64,000 nucleotides of DNA from positions 544,001-608,000 of the forward strand of contig CBDBCY010000004.1 of NCBI GenBank assembly GCA_965203555.1. Direction: 5' to 3'. Below are positions 37,590 through 47,478 of this stretch, in pieces (within the stretch, counting starts at the first letter, position 1; every line of letters begins with the position of its first letter). The DNA is from Acidimicrobiia bacterium (lineage in GTDB: Bacteria; Actinomycetota; Acidimicrobiia; Spongiisociales; ZC4RG35). Below the pieces are notes generated by a model. It saw nothing but the letters and a program-made list of their open reading frames with translations. It ran no database searches and was not told the origin of the DNA. The translations under genes were made by a program, and so were the position numbers.

Positions 37590-38894
37590 GTGGAAGAGCA
37601 GGAATCAGACCACCGACACGATGGCGCCACCCACTCTCATTCTGATGGCCACGATCACGATCACCCCCACGGCCACAGCGACAGCCACCCCGACGATCAC
37701 GGACAGCCCCACGATCACGGCCACCCCCACAGTGACGATCACGGCCACTCCCATGGCCACGATCACGGCCACCCCCACGATCAGGGTTCGTTCTGGTCAG
37801 GGCTGAAGCACGGACTGAGCGAGTTGTTCGGGACCCACTCCCATGATCATGCCGATTCAATAGACACCGCACTGGAAAGCAGCCGTCGCGGGATCAGGGC
37901 ATTGGTTATCTCCTTCACCGGGTTGATGGTGACCGCCTTGATCCAGTCAGTGCTCGTCTTGGTTACCGGCTCGGTGTCGCTGATCGCCGACACCATTCAC
38001 AATTTCTCAGACGCGCTCACCGCCGTGCCGCTCTTCATCGCCTTCCGGATGGGGAGGAGAGCCGCGACCCGTCGCTACACCTACGGGTACCGCCGTGCTG
38101 AGGACATTGCCGGTCTGTTCATCGTGCTGATGATCCTCACATCGGCGATCGTGGCGATCTGGGAGTCGGTTGACCGGCTCTTCAATCCACGAGAACTCGA
38201 ACACCTCGGCATTCTGTTCGGGGCAGGAGTAATCGGTTTCCTCGGCAACGAACTTGTAGCCATATATCGCATTCGCGTCGGCAGGCAGATCGGCTCGGCG
38301 GCTCTGGTCGCCGACGGTCGCCACGCCCGCGCCGACGGATTCACATCGCTGGCGGTGGCGGCCAGCGCGGTGGGCGTCTGGATGGGATTCGAGCGCGCCG
38401 ACCCGATCGCCGGCATCATCGTCGGCATCATCATCCTTCGGATCCTGTGGTCGGCAGCACGCGACATTTACTGGCGGCTCATGGACGCGGTCGACCCGAA
38501 GCATGTCGAGGAGATCGAGAATGTCGCAATCAAGATCGACGGCGTGCTAACCGTAAACAACTGCCAGGTGAGGTGGATGGGCCATCGTCTCCGCGCTGAT
38601 ATCTCGATCGGCGTCGACTCAAGGCTCTCGGTGGGAGAGGGACACTCCGTTGGGGATGGTGTGCAGCAGACTCTCCAACGTCAAGTGCGGTTCTTGGATG
38701 AAGCGTTCGTTCACGTCGAGGCCATTGACCTGGTCAAATTCAGAGAGTCCGCTCGATTCGATGAGAAAATCGACTCTTCCATCGCAAACGCAGTCTCCCA
38801 ACCATCCACAACCACCAGATCACCGACCGAGGACAACCCGATGGACGACCTCGCTGTGGAGAGCACCCACAACAAGACGTTTGATCCTGACTAA
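37590..38894 (+). CDS. Cation diffusion facilitator with long His-rich N-terminus
   Basis: GTG after GGAGG; (HxH)n tract, SLIADTIHNFSD, YGY.RAED, ADGRHARAD, C-terminal dimerisation domain. Confidence 0.93.
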   Translation: MEEQESDHRHDGATHSHSDGHDHDHPHGHSDSHPDDHGQPHDHGHPHSDDHGHSHGHDHGHPHDQGSFWSGLKHGLSELFGTHSHDHADSIDTALESSRRGIRALVISFTGLMVTALIQSVLVLVTGSVSLIADTIHNFSDALTAVPLFIAFRMGRRAATRRYTYGYRRAEDIAGLFIVLMILTSAIVAIWESVDRLFNPRELEHLGILFGAGVIGFLGNELVAIYRIRVGRQIGSAALVADGRHARADGFTSLAVAASAVGVWMGFERADPIAGIIVGIIILRILWSAARDIYWRLMDAVDPKHVEEIENVAIKIDGVLTVNNCQVRWMGHRLRADISIGVDSRLSVGEGHSVGDGVQQTLQRQVRFLDEAFVHVEAIDLVKFRESARFDEKIDSSIANAVSQPSTTTRSPTEDNPMDDLAVESTHNKTFDPD

Positions 38895-38905
38895 GGAGGA
38901 TCACT

Positions 38906-40651
38906 ATGAACCTAAGGAACAAGAAGCCCCAATGGGCGCGCTGGCTGGCTTACATCGCCGTCTTCGCCCTGATCGCCGCGGCATGTGGCGACGACGAACC
39001 AGCGCCGACGGCGGCGCCAACCACCACCGAAGCGGAAGCCCCCGCCACCACCGAAGCGGAAGCCCCCGCCACCACGGCTCCCATGGAGGAGGCCGAGGAA
39101 CTGCGGGCGGTACCGACGCTACGGATTATCACGAAGACGGCCGCTGAGGGACCACCCCGATACGAACAGGCCCGATTGATTGCCGAGTCGTGGACCGCCG
39201 GAGGCATTCCGGCCGAGATCGAGCCGGTCGAAAGCTCGGAACTGGGACGGCGTGGCTTCACGGTCAAGGACTTTGATGTCTACATCATCATCTACGACCC
39301 GACCACCGACCGCCTGGATCCGGAAAACTTCCTGGCCCGGTTTACCACCGGCAAGGCGGTTATAGACGGATCCAACCTCTCCGGCTACATCAACCCCGCC
39401 TATGACGAGCTTTACCAGGCTCAGGTCAATGCCACCAGCTTCGAGGAGCGGCTTGTCGCGGTGCACGAGATGCAGCAACTCCTCTTCGATCATCAGCCGG
39501 TGGCGCCCTTCATACACATCGTGATCGGTGGGGCCTACAACAGCGCCGACTGGACGAACTTCGTCAAGTCGGTGGGCACACCCGTCTATCACTTCTGGAA
39601 CGCGATCAGCCTGACTCCGGTCGGCGATCCCGAGCCGCTGGTTATCGGCGTAACGTCCGGGGCGCAGACGCTCAACCCGGTGGTTGCGGCCACATCGGAG
39701 GCGGCCGTCACCATCGCTCACATGTACGACCCGCTGCTCCGCATCGGGCCTGGCGGTGACCTGGTCAACTGGGCGGCTTCGGACTATTCGATCGAAGGAT
39801 CCACTGTGAGCGTGACGTTGCGGGACGGCATGACGTTCCATGACGGCGAACCGGTGACCGGAGAAGACGTGGCCTTCACCTTCAACTACCTGGTCGAGAA
39901 GGAATCCCCCCTGTACGGAGGACGCCTGGGGCCGGTCGAGTCGGTGACGGCCGACGGCAACAACGTGGAGATCACCCTGTCAGCGCCCAATGCAGCCTTC
40001 GCCACCACGGCGCTGGCGCAGGTCCCGATCCTTCCCGAGCACGTCTGGTCGGCCATCGATGACCCGTCGGCGTTTGCCAATGACGAGCCGATCGGTTCCG
40101 GTCCGTTCAAGTTCGAATCGAGAGCACTCGGTGAGGACCTGCGGTTGGCCGCACATACCGATCACTTCAGCCCGCCGGCCGCACCCGGCCTGGTTTGGGT
40201 CGTGTTCGGAAGCCTGGACGGATTGCTGGCCGCAATCGAGACCCAGGAGATCGACGTTCTCGGCGACTTCGTCAGCTTGACCCAGCTTTCCCTGCTGGAA
40301 GGCGTCGAGGGAGTTTCTATCGAGTCGAACACCGGCCACGGTGTGAACGCCCTGCACTACAACATGCGGCGCGAGCCCTTCTGTGACCTGCATATGCGGA
40401 TCGCGCTGTCGCACCTGGTTCCCACCGAGGACATGATCGACATCGTTTACGAGGGCGTGGCGGCGGTCTCCAGGGGAATCATCGCTCCTCCGTTGTGGGC
40501 CAATCCCGACGTGGGACCCGTCCCCTACGACCCCGACGCGGCTCGCTCCCACCTGGAAGCTGCCGGGTATGTGTTCGGTGACGACGGCACCCTCTACTAT
40601 CCACCGTCAGACGCCGACAATCGAGACATGAGCTTCTGCGCATCGTCATAG
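38906..40651 (+). CDS. ABC substrate-binding lipoprotein, family 5 (circularly permuted)
   Basis: AAAC lipobox; TLNP, LRDGMTFHDGEPVTGEDV, PIGSGPFK, YDPDAAR; the NLSGY.NP block sits N-terminal. Confidence 0.9.
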   Translation: MNLRNKKPQWARWLAYIAVFALIAAACGDDEPAPTAAPTTTEAEAPATTEAEAPATTAPMEEAEELRAVPTLRIITKTAAEGPPRYEQARLIAESWTAGGIPAEIEPVESSELGRRGFTVKDFDVYIIIYDPTTDRLDPENFLARFTTGKAVIDGSNLSGYINPAYDELYQAQVNATSFEERLVAVHEMQQLLFDHQPVAPFIHIVIGGAYNSADWTNFVKSVGTPVYHFWNAISLTPVGDPEPLVIGVTSGAQTLNPVVAATSEAAVTIAHMYDPLLRIGPGGDLVNWAASDYSIEGSTVSVTLRDGMTFHDGEPVTGEDVAFTFNYLVEKESPLYGGRLGPVESVTADGNNVEITLSAPNAAFATTALAQVPILPEHVWSAIDDPSAFANDEPIGSGPFKFESRALGEDLRLAAHTDHFSPPAAPGLVWVVFGSLDGLLAAIETQEIDVLGDFVSLTQLSLLEGVEGVSIESNTGHGVNALHYNMRREPFCDLHMRIALSHLVPTEDMIDIVYEGVAAVSRGIIAPPLWANPDVGPVPYDPDAARSHLEAAGYVFGDDGTLYYPPSDADNRDMSFCASS

Positions 40652-40671
40652 GCGTCGTCTGAATAGCATCT

Positions 40672-40707
40672 GGGGTAGGCAGCCACCCGGCTGCCTACCC
40701 CGTTTTT
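40672..40707 (+). terminator. 13-bp hairpin after the binding-protein gene (attenuator or mRNA stabiliser)
   Basis: GGGGTAGGCAGCC-ACCC-GGCTGCCTACCCC-GTTTTT. Confidence 0.75.
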
Positions 40708-40734
40708 ATTCGATAGGAATCAAGAGGGATTTAG

Positions 40735-41703
40735 GTGACCCAGTACCTGGCCAAGCGGCTCGGCGTCATGGTTTTCACCCTGTGGATTGTGGTAACCGTG
40801 ACGTTCTTCCTGTTCCGGGCTGTGCCCGGCGATCCCAGTTTGGTATTGATCGGACCAGAGATCGAAGCCAGCGCCGCCGACTCGATAAGGGAGTCTTTCG
40901 GACTCGACCGATCCCTGGGAGTGCAGTACTGGTCGTACCTGACCAATGCAGTCCAGGGGGACCTGGGCATGTCCTTCCGCTACCGGGTGCCGGTGTCGAC
41001 GGTGCTGGCCGAGAAACTGGCAAACACGGCCGTGCTGGTGCTGCCCGCCATGCTGATCGCCTTCGCGCTCGGCGCCCTGCTGGGCTCGTACACGGCGGTG
41101 CGCCCCCACTCACGCATGGACCGCCTCATCACCCAGTTCTTCCTGTCCGTGAAGTCGGCGCCGTCGTTCTGGCTCGCCACCATGGCGCTGGTCACGTTCA
41201 GCCTGTGGCTGGGACTCACGCCATCGGGCGGCATGACCACCCCGGGCGCCCCCCGAATCGAGGGTTTGGAGCGTTTCTTCACCGCCGACGTGCTGTCCCA
41301 CCTGATACTGCCGTTGGTGATCCTGGCGGCAATCTTCACTGTGGAGCCTCTGCTGACCATGAGAACCTCGATGGCCGAGATACTCAACGACGACTTCGTG
41401 GAGTTCGGACACGCCAAAGGATTCTCCCGATCCCGGATCACCCTTCACGCCGCCCGGAACTCCTTGTTGCCCATGGTCAGCTTGGTTCCGTCGATCGCCG
41501 GTCATCTCATAGCCGGGTCGGTGATCATCGAGATCGTCTTCTCCTGGCCGGGAATGGGCCGTGAGATAGTTGACGCGGTGAACCGCTTCGACTATCCGAT
41601 GATGCAGGGGACCTTCATGGCCATCGCGGCGCTTGCCATCGTGGTCAATGCCTTTGCAGACATCCTGTACACCTATCTCGACCCGAGAGTTCGTCTGACA
41701 TGA
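40735..41703 (+). CDS. ABC permease (OppB/DppB type)
   Basis: PGDP, GLDRSL.VQY, GDLG.S, AKG, EIVFSWPGMG, DPRVR. Confidence 0.93.
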   Translation: MTQYLAKRLGVMVFTLWIVVTVTFFLFRAVPGDPSLVLIGPEIEASAADSIRESFGLDRSLGVQYWSYLTNAVQGDLGMSFRYRVPVSTVLAEKLANTAVLVLPAMLIAFALGALLGSYTAVRPHSRMDRLITQFFLSVKSAPSFWLATMALVTFSLWLGLTPSGGMTTPGAPRIEGLERFFTADVLSHLILPLVILAAIFTVEPLLTMRTSMAEILNDDFVEFGHAKGFSRSRITLHAARNSLLPMVSLVPSIAGHLIAGSVIIEIVFSWPGMGREIVDAVNRFDYPMMQGTFMAIAALAIVVNAFADILYTYLDPRVRLT

Positions 41704-43517
41704 CCAAGCACCGGTCCGACCCTGCCGCCAATGCCGAGGGCGCCCCATCCGCTCGCGTCGTAAGGCCTCCCGGCCCGATCCGAAGGGCCCTGCGAGAGAA
41801 CAACGTGCGAGTTGGCCTGATCATCTTCAGCTTGATCGTGCTGGTGGCCATCTTTGCCCCGATGATCGCCCCCTACGATCCGCAGGAGCGACTCCGCACC
41901 GCCGACGGCGAACTGGCCAGGCTGTTGCCGCCCCAGAAGGACTACTGGATGGGCACCACCAACTTCGGACGCGACATCCTCAGCCAGTTGATAGTCGGAA
42001 CGCGGCGGACCCTGTCGGTGGGCGCCATCGCAGCTTTCGTGGCGGTATTCATCGGCGCCAACGTGGGACTGATCGCCGGTTTTCGCGGTGGTCGGGTCGA
42101 CAACCTGCTGATGCGCACCACCGACGCCGCCTACGCCCTGCCCTTCCTGCCGTTCGCCATTGTCCTGGTGGGAATCGTGGGGCGGACCGACCTAATCTTG
42201 ATATCGGTGATCGGACTCTTGTTCTGGCGCACCACTGCTCGTGTGATTCGATCCCAGGTGCTCACCACCAAGGAGCGCACCTTCGTCAAGGCCGCCATTG
42301 CAGGTGGGGCCTCTCCCCGCCGGGTTCTATATGCCCACATAGCGCCAAACGTTCTGGCGCTGGCCCTCGTCTACGGCATGTTATTGATCGCCGAGGCGGT
42401 GATGGCAGAAGCGTCCCTTAGCTTCCTCGGGTTCGCCCCGCCGGATTCGCTCTCCTGGGGCACCATCATGTTCGATGCCTTCACGTCTCAGAGAATGAGG
42501 CAGGCGTGGTGGTGGCCGATGTTTCCCGGGCTGGCGCTCATGGTTTTCATGTATTCGGTGTACAGCGTCGGTCGAGGATTCCAGCGTGCGCTCAGGCAAA
42601 TGGACGTTCCCAACATCGGCGTCTCTGCCCGCCGGGCGCGCCGCTCTCGGAAACCGAGCGGCTCACCGCGGGTTGACGGCAGCCCGCCGGGTTCACTGGT
42701 CGCCGTGGAAAACCTGGTGGTTACCTACCAGCCCCGCTCTCTGGAGGAGCAACAGGTCCAAGCGGTAAAGGGCATCTCTTTCCGGCTCGACAGGGGCGAG
42801 ATGCTCGGCATTGTGGGCGAGAGCGGATCCGGGAAGACTACCGCCGTTCGAGCCCTCCTCCGGTTGCCGCCCCCAACCGCTGAAGTCGGCGGCAGGATAT
42901 GGTTTGAAGGCCGCGACCTGAACGGAATCGCAGACAGTGAGCTCCGCTCTTTGCGATGGGAGCATCTCGCCTTCATTCCGCAGTCGGCGATGAACTCACT
43001 CAACCCCGTGCAACGGGTCGAGAACCAGATAATCGAGGCGATCCGGGTCCACCGCGATGTGACCCGCGCCCAGGCAGGGGAGATGTGCGCAACCGCGCTG
43101 CAGCAGGTGGGGATCAACCCGGCGCGCGGCAGGCTCTACCCGCATCAGTACAGCGGCGGCATGAGACAACGGGCCCTGATCGCCATGGCCAAGGTTCTGG
43201 AACCCACCCTACTGGTGGCGGACGAGCCCACCACCGGGCTCGATGTCGTGGTGCAGGACCAGATCATGGCTGACCTTGAACGGGTGCGGGAGGAACTCGG
43301 GACGGCCATCATCATCGTGAGCCATGACCTCGCCCTCGTTTCGGAGACCTGCTCCAGCTTGATAGTCATGAAGGACGGCGAGGTCGTCGAAGCCGGGCCC
43401 ACCGATGCAGTGGTGTCGGACCCACAGGATTCGTACACCAGGATGCTGCTTCACAGCGCCCACGGATCGGTGGCGGCGCAGTCTGCAACGCCGGGCGGGA
43501 GCGCCCCGGGTGGCTAG
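41700..43517 (+). CDS. Fused ABC permease (OppC) and ATPase (OppD)
   Basis: MGTTNFGRD, FLGF..P.SWG, then GESGSGKT, YSGGMRQR, VADEPTT. Confidence 0.92.
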   Translation: MTKHRSDPAANAEGAPSARVVRPPGPIRRALRENNVRVGLIIFSLIVLVAIFAPMIAPYDPQERLRTADGELARLLPPQKDYWMGTTNFGRDILSQLIVGTRRTLSVGAIAAFVAVFIGANVGLIAGFRGGRVDNLLMRTTDAAYALPFLPFAIVLVGIVGRTDLILISVIGLLFWRTTARVIRSQVLTTKERTFVKAAIAGGASPRRVLYAHIAPNVLALALVYGMLLIAEAVMAEASLSFLGFAPPDSLSWGTIMFDAFTSQRMRQAWWWPMFPGLALMVFMYSVYSVGRGFQRALRQMDVPNIGVSARRARRSRKPSGSPRVDGSPPGSLVAVENLVVTYQPRSLEEQQVQAVKGISFRLDRGEMLGIVGESGSGKTTAVRALLRLPPPTAEVGGRIWFEGRDLNGIADSELRSLRWEHLAFIPQSAMNSLNPVQRVENQIIEAIRVHRDVTRAQAGEMCATALQQVGINPARGRLYPHQYSGGMRQRALIAMAKVLEPTLLVADEPTTGLDVVVQDQIMADLERVREELGTAIIIVSHDLALVSETCSSLIVMKDGEVVEAGPTDAVVSDPQDSYTRMLLHSAHGSVAAQSATPGGSAPGG

Positions 43518-44514
43518 TTCACCGAGCGCCGCCATCGACGTGCGCGACGTCACAGTCGTGTACAGCGCCGCTCGCGGACTGGCCACCCTGCTCAAAAAAC
43601 ATCAGGTCCAGATCATTCAAGACATCAACCTGACGATCCGACCGGGCACCGTGTTCGGGGTGGCCGGCGAGAGCGGTTCAGGGAAGACCACCCTGGCGCG
43701 AGCGCTCACCGGGCTCGCGCCGGTCAGCAACGGATCGATCACCATCCATGGCAGGGAGGTGGCTGACCTCGACCAGACCGAATGGCGGCTGGTCCGGTCG
43801 GACGTGCAACTGATCTTCCAGGATCCATACGACTCCCTGAATCCGCGGTTCACCGTTTTCGACAGCGTGGCGGAGCCACTGCGGTCACAGGGAGTCAAGA
43901 ACAGACCGGAGGTGGAGCGTCGGGTCCGGGCCGCCCTGGCCGATGCCGAACTCGATCCGGACACCTTCAGCTACCGGATGCCTACCCAATTGTCGGGAGG
44001 TGAACGGCAGAGAGTGGCGATCGCTCGGGCCCTGGTGTTGGACCCGAACGTGATCATCGCTGACGAGCCGGTCTCGATGCTGGACGTATCTACCCGCGGG
44101 GAGATCCTCTCCCTGATACGTAAGGCGGCCCGAGACCGGGGGGTGGCCGTCCTGCTGGTCTCACATGATCTTTCGGTTCTGGAACGGGTGTGCGACAAGA
44201 TCGCAGTCATGTACCTGGGTCGTATCGTTGAGCAGGGGGCGGTAGCGGACGTCTTCGGCCAGCCTCGCCATCCCTATACCCGGGCGCTGATCTCCGCCAT
44301 CCCTTCGGTCGACCAGAGCCGCAAACGAACCCGCACCACCCTGCAGGGCGAGCCTCCCCAACCTTCCCAGCGTCCGGCGGGGTGCTCATTTCATCCCCGT
44401 TGTCCTCGCTGTGACGACTTCAAATGCCTAACCGAGACACCTCTACTTGAAGGGACGGAACAAATGTATGCCTGCTGGCACCCCATCGACATCGTTCGGA
44501 AGGACCCGGCATGA
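43510..44514 (+). CDS. ABC ATPase (OppF type)
   Basis: GESGSGKT, LSGGERQR, ADEPVS, HPYT, GCSFHPRC. Confidence 0.93.
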   Translation: MASSPSAAIDVRDVTVVYSAARGLATLLKKHQVQIIQDINLTIRPGTVFGVAGESGSGKTTLARALTGLAPVSNGSITIHGREVADLDQTEWRLVRSDVQLIFQDPYDSLNPRFTVFDSVAEPLRSQGVKNRPEVERRVRAALADAELDPDTFSYRMPTQLSGGERQRVAIARALVLDPNVIIADEPVSMLDVSTRGEILSLIRKAARDRGVAVLLVSHDLSVLERVCDKIAVMYLGRIVEQGAVADVFGQPRHPYTRALISAIPSVDQSRKRTRTTLQGEPPQPSQRPAGCSFHPRCPRCDDFKCLTETPLLEGTEQMYACWHPIDIVRKDPA

Positions 44515-45722
44515 CACTGATTTGCCTCAGGTGCAGTGCACCCGGCGCCGGCTACCACGGATGTCCGACCTGCGCCGCTCAAGGCGTCCACGTCAACCTG
44601 GCGCCTCCGGCAGCGGACCTTACCGGATACAACCTGGAGTACTACCGGGGAGGACTCTATGACTGGAGGGATACGCTCCCGATTTCCCCCGACATCCCGC
44701 CGGTGACGCTCGGAGAAGGGAACACTCCCAGCGTCTCGCTCCACACCGATCGGGGTTCCGGACCGTTGGCGGTCAAGAACGAAGCGGCCAACCCCACCTG
44801 GTCTCACAAAGACCGTGGGATGAGCGCCGCGCTGACCAAGGCGAGAGAACTCGACGCCACCACCGTGGTTATTGCCTCGAGCGGAAACGCCGGCGCGGCA
44901 GCCGCCGCCTATTCGGCCCGGGCCAGGCTGGAATGCATCGTGCTCACCACCGTTGGCATACCCCCGGTTATGGAAAGACTGCTGGCCGGGGTCGGCGCCA
45001 CCCTGATCGGGTACCGATCGACCGCCGAACGAAACCGCATGCTGTCAGCGGCCGTCACAGAGCTCGGCTGGTACCCAGCCGCCTTCACCGATGATCGGGT
45101 GGGGGGCAACCCCTACGGCAACGAGGGATTCAAGAGCATCGCCTACGAACTTGCCCGGGATCATGGTGACGAACTCCAAACCGTGGTCGTCCCGGTCTCC
45201 AAGGCCGACCTCATGTCGGGAATCGGGCGCGGTTTCCAGGAATTGCACGCCGCCGGCCTCATCGCCAGGATGCCTGCGCTGGTTGCCGCAGAAGCCGCCA
45301 CCGGCGCAGCTTTCACCACCGCCCTTTCCGATCCGGATCCCGACGCTCAAGAACGAACCCGGGTGGTGCGGCACGAGTCTGCGGCCTGGTCAATTGGGAA
45401 CACCTACGCATACTTCCAAGGCCTCGATGTGATGCGAACCTCGGCCGGTCACGCGGTGGCGGTCGATCAGGACAGATACCTGGCCGAGCGAGAACGGGTC
45501 GGCCGCCGGGACGGCCTGTTCGTGGAGATCTCGTCCGCCGTTGCCATTGCTGCAGCCCGCGACATTGCGCAGAGCGCTTCCGGCTTGACGGTCGCCGTCA
45601 GCACCTCCACCGGTATCAAGGACCCTGACCTGCCCGGGACGGAGTCCCCCTCGCTCACCGTGCTGGCGCCGACGGTCCGCCGACTGCACGACTGGGTAAC
45701 CGGCGCCCGGGGCAACCGGTAG
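44511..45722 (+). CDS. Threonine-synthase-like PLP fold-type II enzyme
   Basis: N-terminal CxxC..CxxC, TLGEGNTP, NPTWSHKDR, ASSGNAG, EGFKSIAYE. Confidence 0.88.
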   Translation: MTLICLRCSAPGAGYHGCPTCAAQGVHVNLAPPAADLTGYNLEYYRGGLYDWRDTLPISPDIPPVTLGEGNTPSVSLHTDRGSGPLAVKNEAANPTWSHKDRGMSAALTKARELDATTVVIASSGNAGAAAAAYSARARLECIVLTTVGIPPVMERLLAGVGATLIGYRSTAERNRMLSAAVTELGWYPAAFTDDRVGGNPYGNEGFKSIAYELARDHGDELQTVVVPVSKADLMSGIGRGFQELHAAGLIARMPALVAAEAATGAAFTTALSDPDPDAQERTRVVRHESAAWSIGNTYAYFQGLDVMRTSAGHAVAVDQDRYLAERERVGRRDGLFVEISSAVAIAAARDIAQSASGLTVAVSTSTGIKDPDLPGTESPSLTVLAPTVRRLHDWVTGARGNR

Positions 45723-45982
45723 GGATACTCCCACAACGACCGGGGGACCCCATCCGGTAACTGGAGAGGTCGAGACAGGCATCACCATTTTCCTGGTTCT
45801 CCGACGGACTGTCAACGCCCCGTTCGGGGTAAGGTGAGTATCGTGGCTTCCCACCCCAACGCCGTGGATCCGATCAATGCGAGGGGTGTATCCTGCTCGT
45901 CCGGTCCGGATCCTTCGACCACCTGGGGAAGCAAGTATCGCCGTTCCATGGAGCGGTCGCCGTCCCTACGGGGGCAGCCAAC

Positions 45983-46693
45983 GTGATCGACAAGCGGACG
46001 GTCGACCCTGGACAAGCCCTAGCCGGCGTCTGCGACGGTGACACCGTCATGATCGGCGGTTTCGGCGAGGCCGGCAGCCCGATCGAACTTATTCACGCCT
46101 TGATCGACCAGGGAGCCGCCGGACTGACCGTGATCAGCAACAACGCCGGCAACGGAGAAGTGGGGCTCGCCGCGCTCATCAAGGCCGGCCAGGTCGCCAG
46201 GATGATCTGCTCGTTTCCCCGCTCTTCCAATTCCACGGTATTCCAAAGTCTGTACCGCGCCGGACGAATCGAACTCGAACTTGTGCCCCAGGGCACCCTT
46301 GCCGAGCGGATCAGGGCAGGGGGCGCCGGCATCCCGGCTTTCTACACGCCGACAGCCGCTAAAACGGCCCTGGCGACAGGCAAAGAACAACGCGTGTTCA
46401 ATGGGACGCCATGCCTCCTCGAACATGCTCTGGTGGCCGACTGGAGCCTCATCAGAGCCCGCACCGCCGACTGGCACGGCAATCTGCTCTACAACAAGAC
46501 CGCCCGAAACTTCTCGCCGGTGATGGCCATGGCCGGGCAGACCACGGTTGTGCAGGCCGCCTCGGTGGTCGAACCGGGCACCATAGATCCCGAGACGGTC
46601 ATTACCCCCGGCATCTTCGTCGACCGCGTCGTCCATGTGGCGAACCCGCTCCACGAGTCGGAACTCGTGGCCAGCGGCGCCAGATACCCGTGA
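45983..46693 (+). CDS. pcaI: 3-oxoacid CoA-transferase subunit A
   Basis: MIGGFG, SNNAG, PQGTLAERIRAGGAGI, TPGIFVD. Confidence 0.88.
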   Translation: MIDKRTVDPGQALAGVCDGDTVMIGGFGEAGSPIELIHALIDQGAAGLTVISNNAGNGEVGLAALIKAGQVARMICSFPRSSNSTVFQSLYRAGRIELELVPQGTLAERIRAGGAGIPAFYTPTAAKTALATGKEQRVFNGTPCLLEHALVADWSLIRARTADWHGNLLYNKTARNFSPVMAMAGQTTVVQAASVVEPGTIDPETVITPGIFVDRVVHVANPLHESELVASGARYP

Positions 46694-47364
46694 ACACACC
46701 GTTGGTGGGTTTGACCAAGGAGCAGATCGCCCGGCGCGCCGCGCGGGACATAGCCGACGGCGCCTATGTCAACCTGGGGATCGGCATGCCGGAATTGATC
46801 GCCCGGTTCATCCCGCCCGACCGCCAGATCGTTCTGCACACCGAGAACGGACTCCTGGGAATGGGTCCCCCGCCACCGCCGGGACAGGGCGACCCCGAAC
46901 TCATCAACGCCGGCAAGAAGCAGATCACCACCCAACCGGGCGCCTCCTACTTTCACCAGGCCGACAGCTTCGCCATGATCCGGGGCGGTCACCTCGATCT
47001 GTCCGTGCTCGGAGCCCTGGAAGTAGCGGCCAACGGAGATCTGGCCAACTGGTCGACGGGCCGACCGGACGCCATCCCCGCCGTGGGAGGCGCAATGGAC
47101 CTGGTCTCCGGAGTAAAAGCCGTGTACGTGATAACCCACCACTGCACCCGGGAGGGAAAGCCAAAGCTAGTCGAACGCTGCTCGTACCCTCTGACCGGCG
47201 CCGGGATAGTCAACCGGATCTACACCGACCTGGCCGTCATCAACATCACATCCAACGGCTTCGAGGTCGTGGAGACACCACCGGGAGTCTCCCTCCATGA
47301 CGTGGCGATCCGAACCGATGCCCCTCTCCGAGACGCCCGTCCGGCAGGGACGCCCCGGGCCTAA
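46690..47364 (+). CDS. pcaJ: 3-oxoacid CoA-transferase subunit B
   Basis: YVNLGIGMP, TENG (catalytic Glu), IRGGH, VGGAMDL. Confidence 0.88.
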   Translation: MNTPLVGLTKEQIARRAARDIADGAYVNLGIGMPELIARFIPPDRQIVLHTENGLLGMGPPPPPGQGDPELINAGKKQITTQPGASYFHQADSFAMIRGGHLDLSVLGALEVAANGDLANWSTGRPDAIPAVGGAMDLVSGVKAVYVITHHCTREGKPKLVERCSYPLTGAGIVNRIYTDLAVINITSNGFEVVETPPGVSLHDVAIRTDAPLRDARPAGTPRA

Positions 47365-47478
47365 ACCGAGTCCTTGAACGGCGCTCTTGCGAGTTGGGAA
47401 CCGCCTACGACTCGGTGACGATGGCGATGGCGATGGCGATGGCGTTGATGATCGCGAAGGGGGCGCTCGGTCGGCCGG

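Noticed and set aside
39020-39075. 24-bp tandem repeat (TTEAEAPA x2)
   Set aside because: An ordinary low-complexity lipoprotein linker.
47415-47450. (GATGGC)n repeat readable as DGDGDG, HRHRHR or AIAIAI
   Set aside because: A short microsatellite between convergent genes with no supported start or SD.
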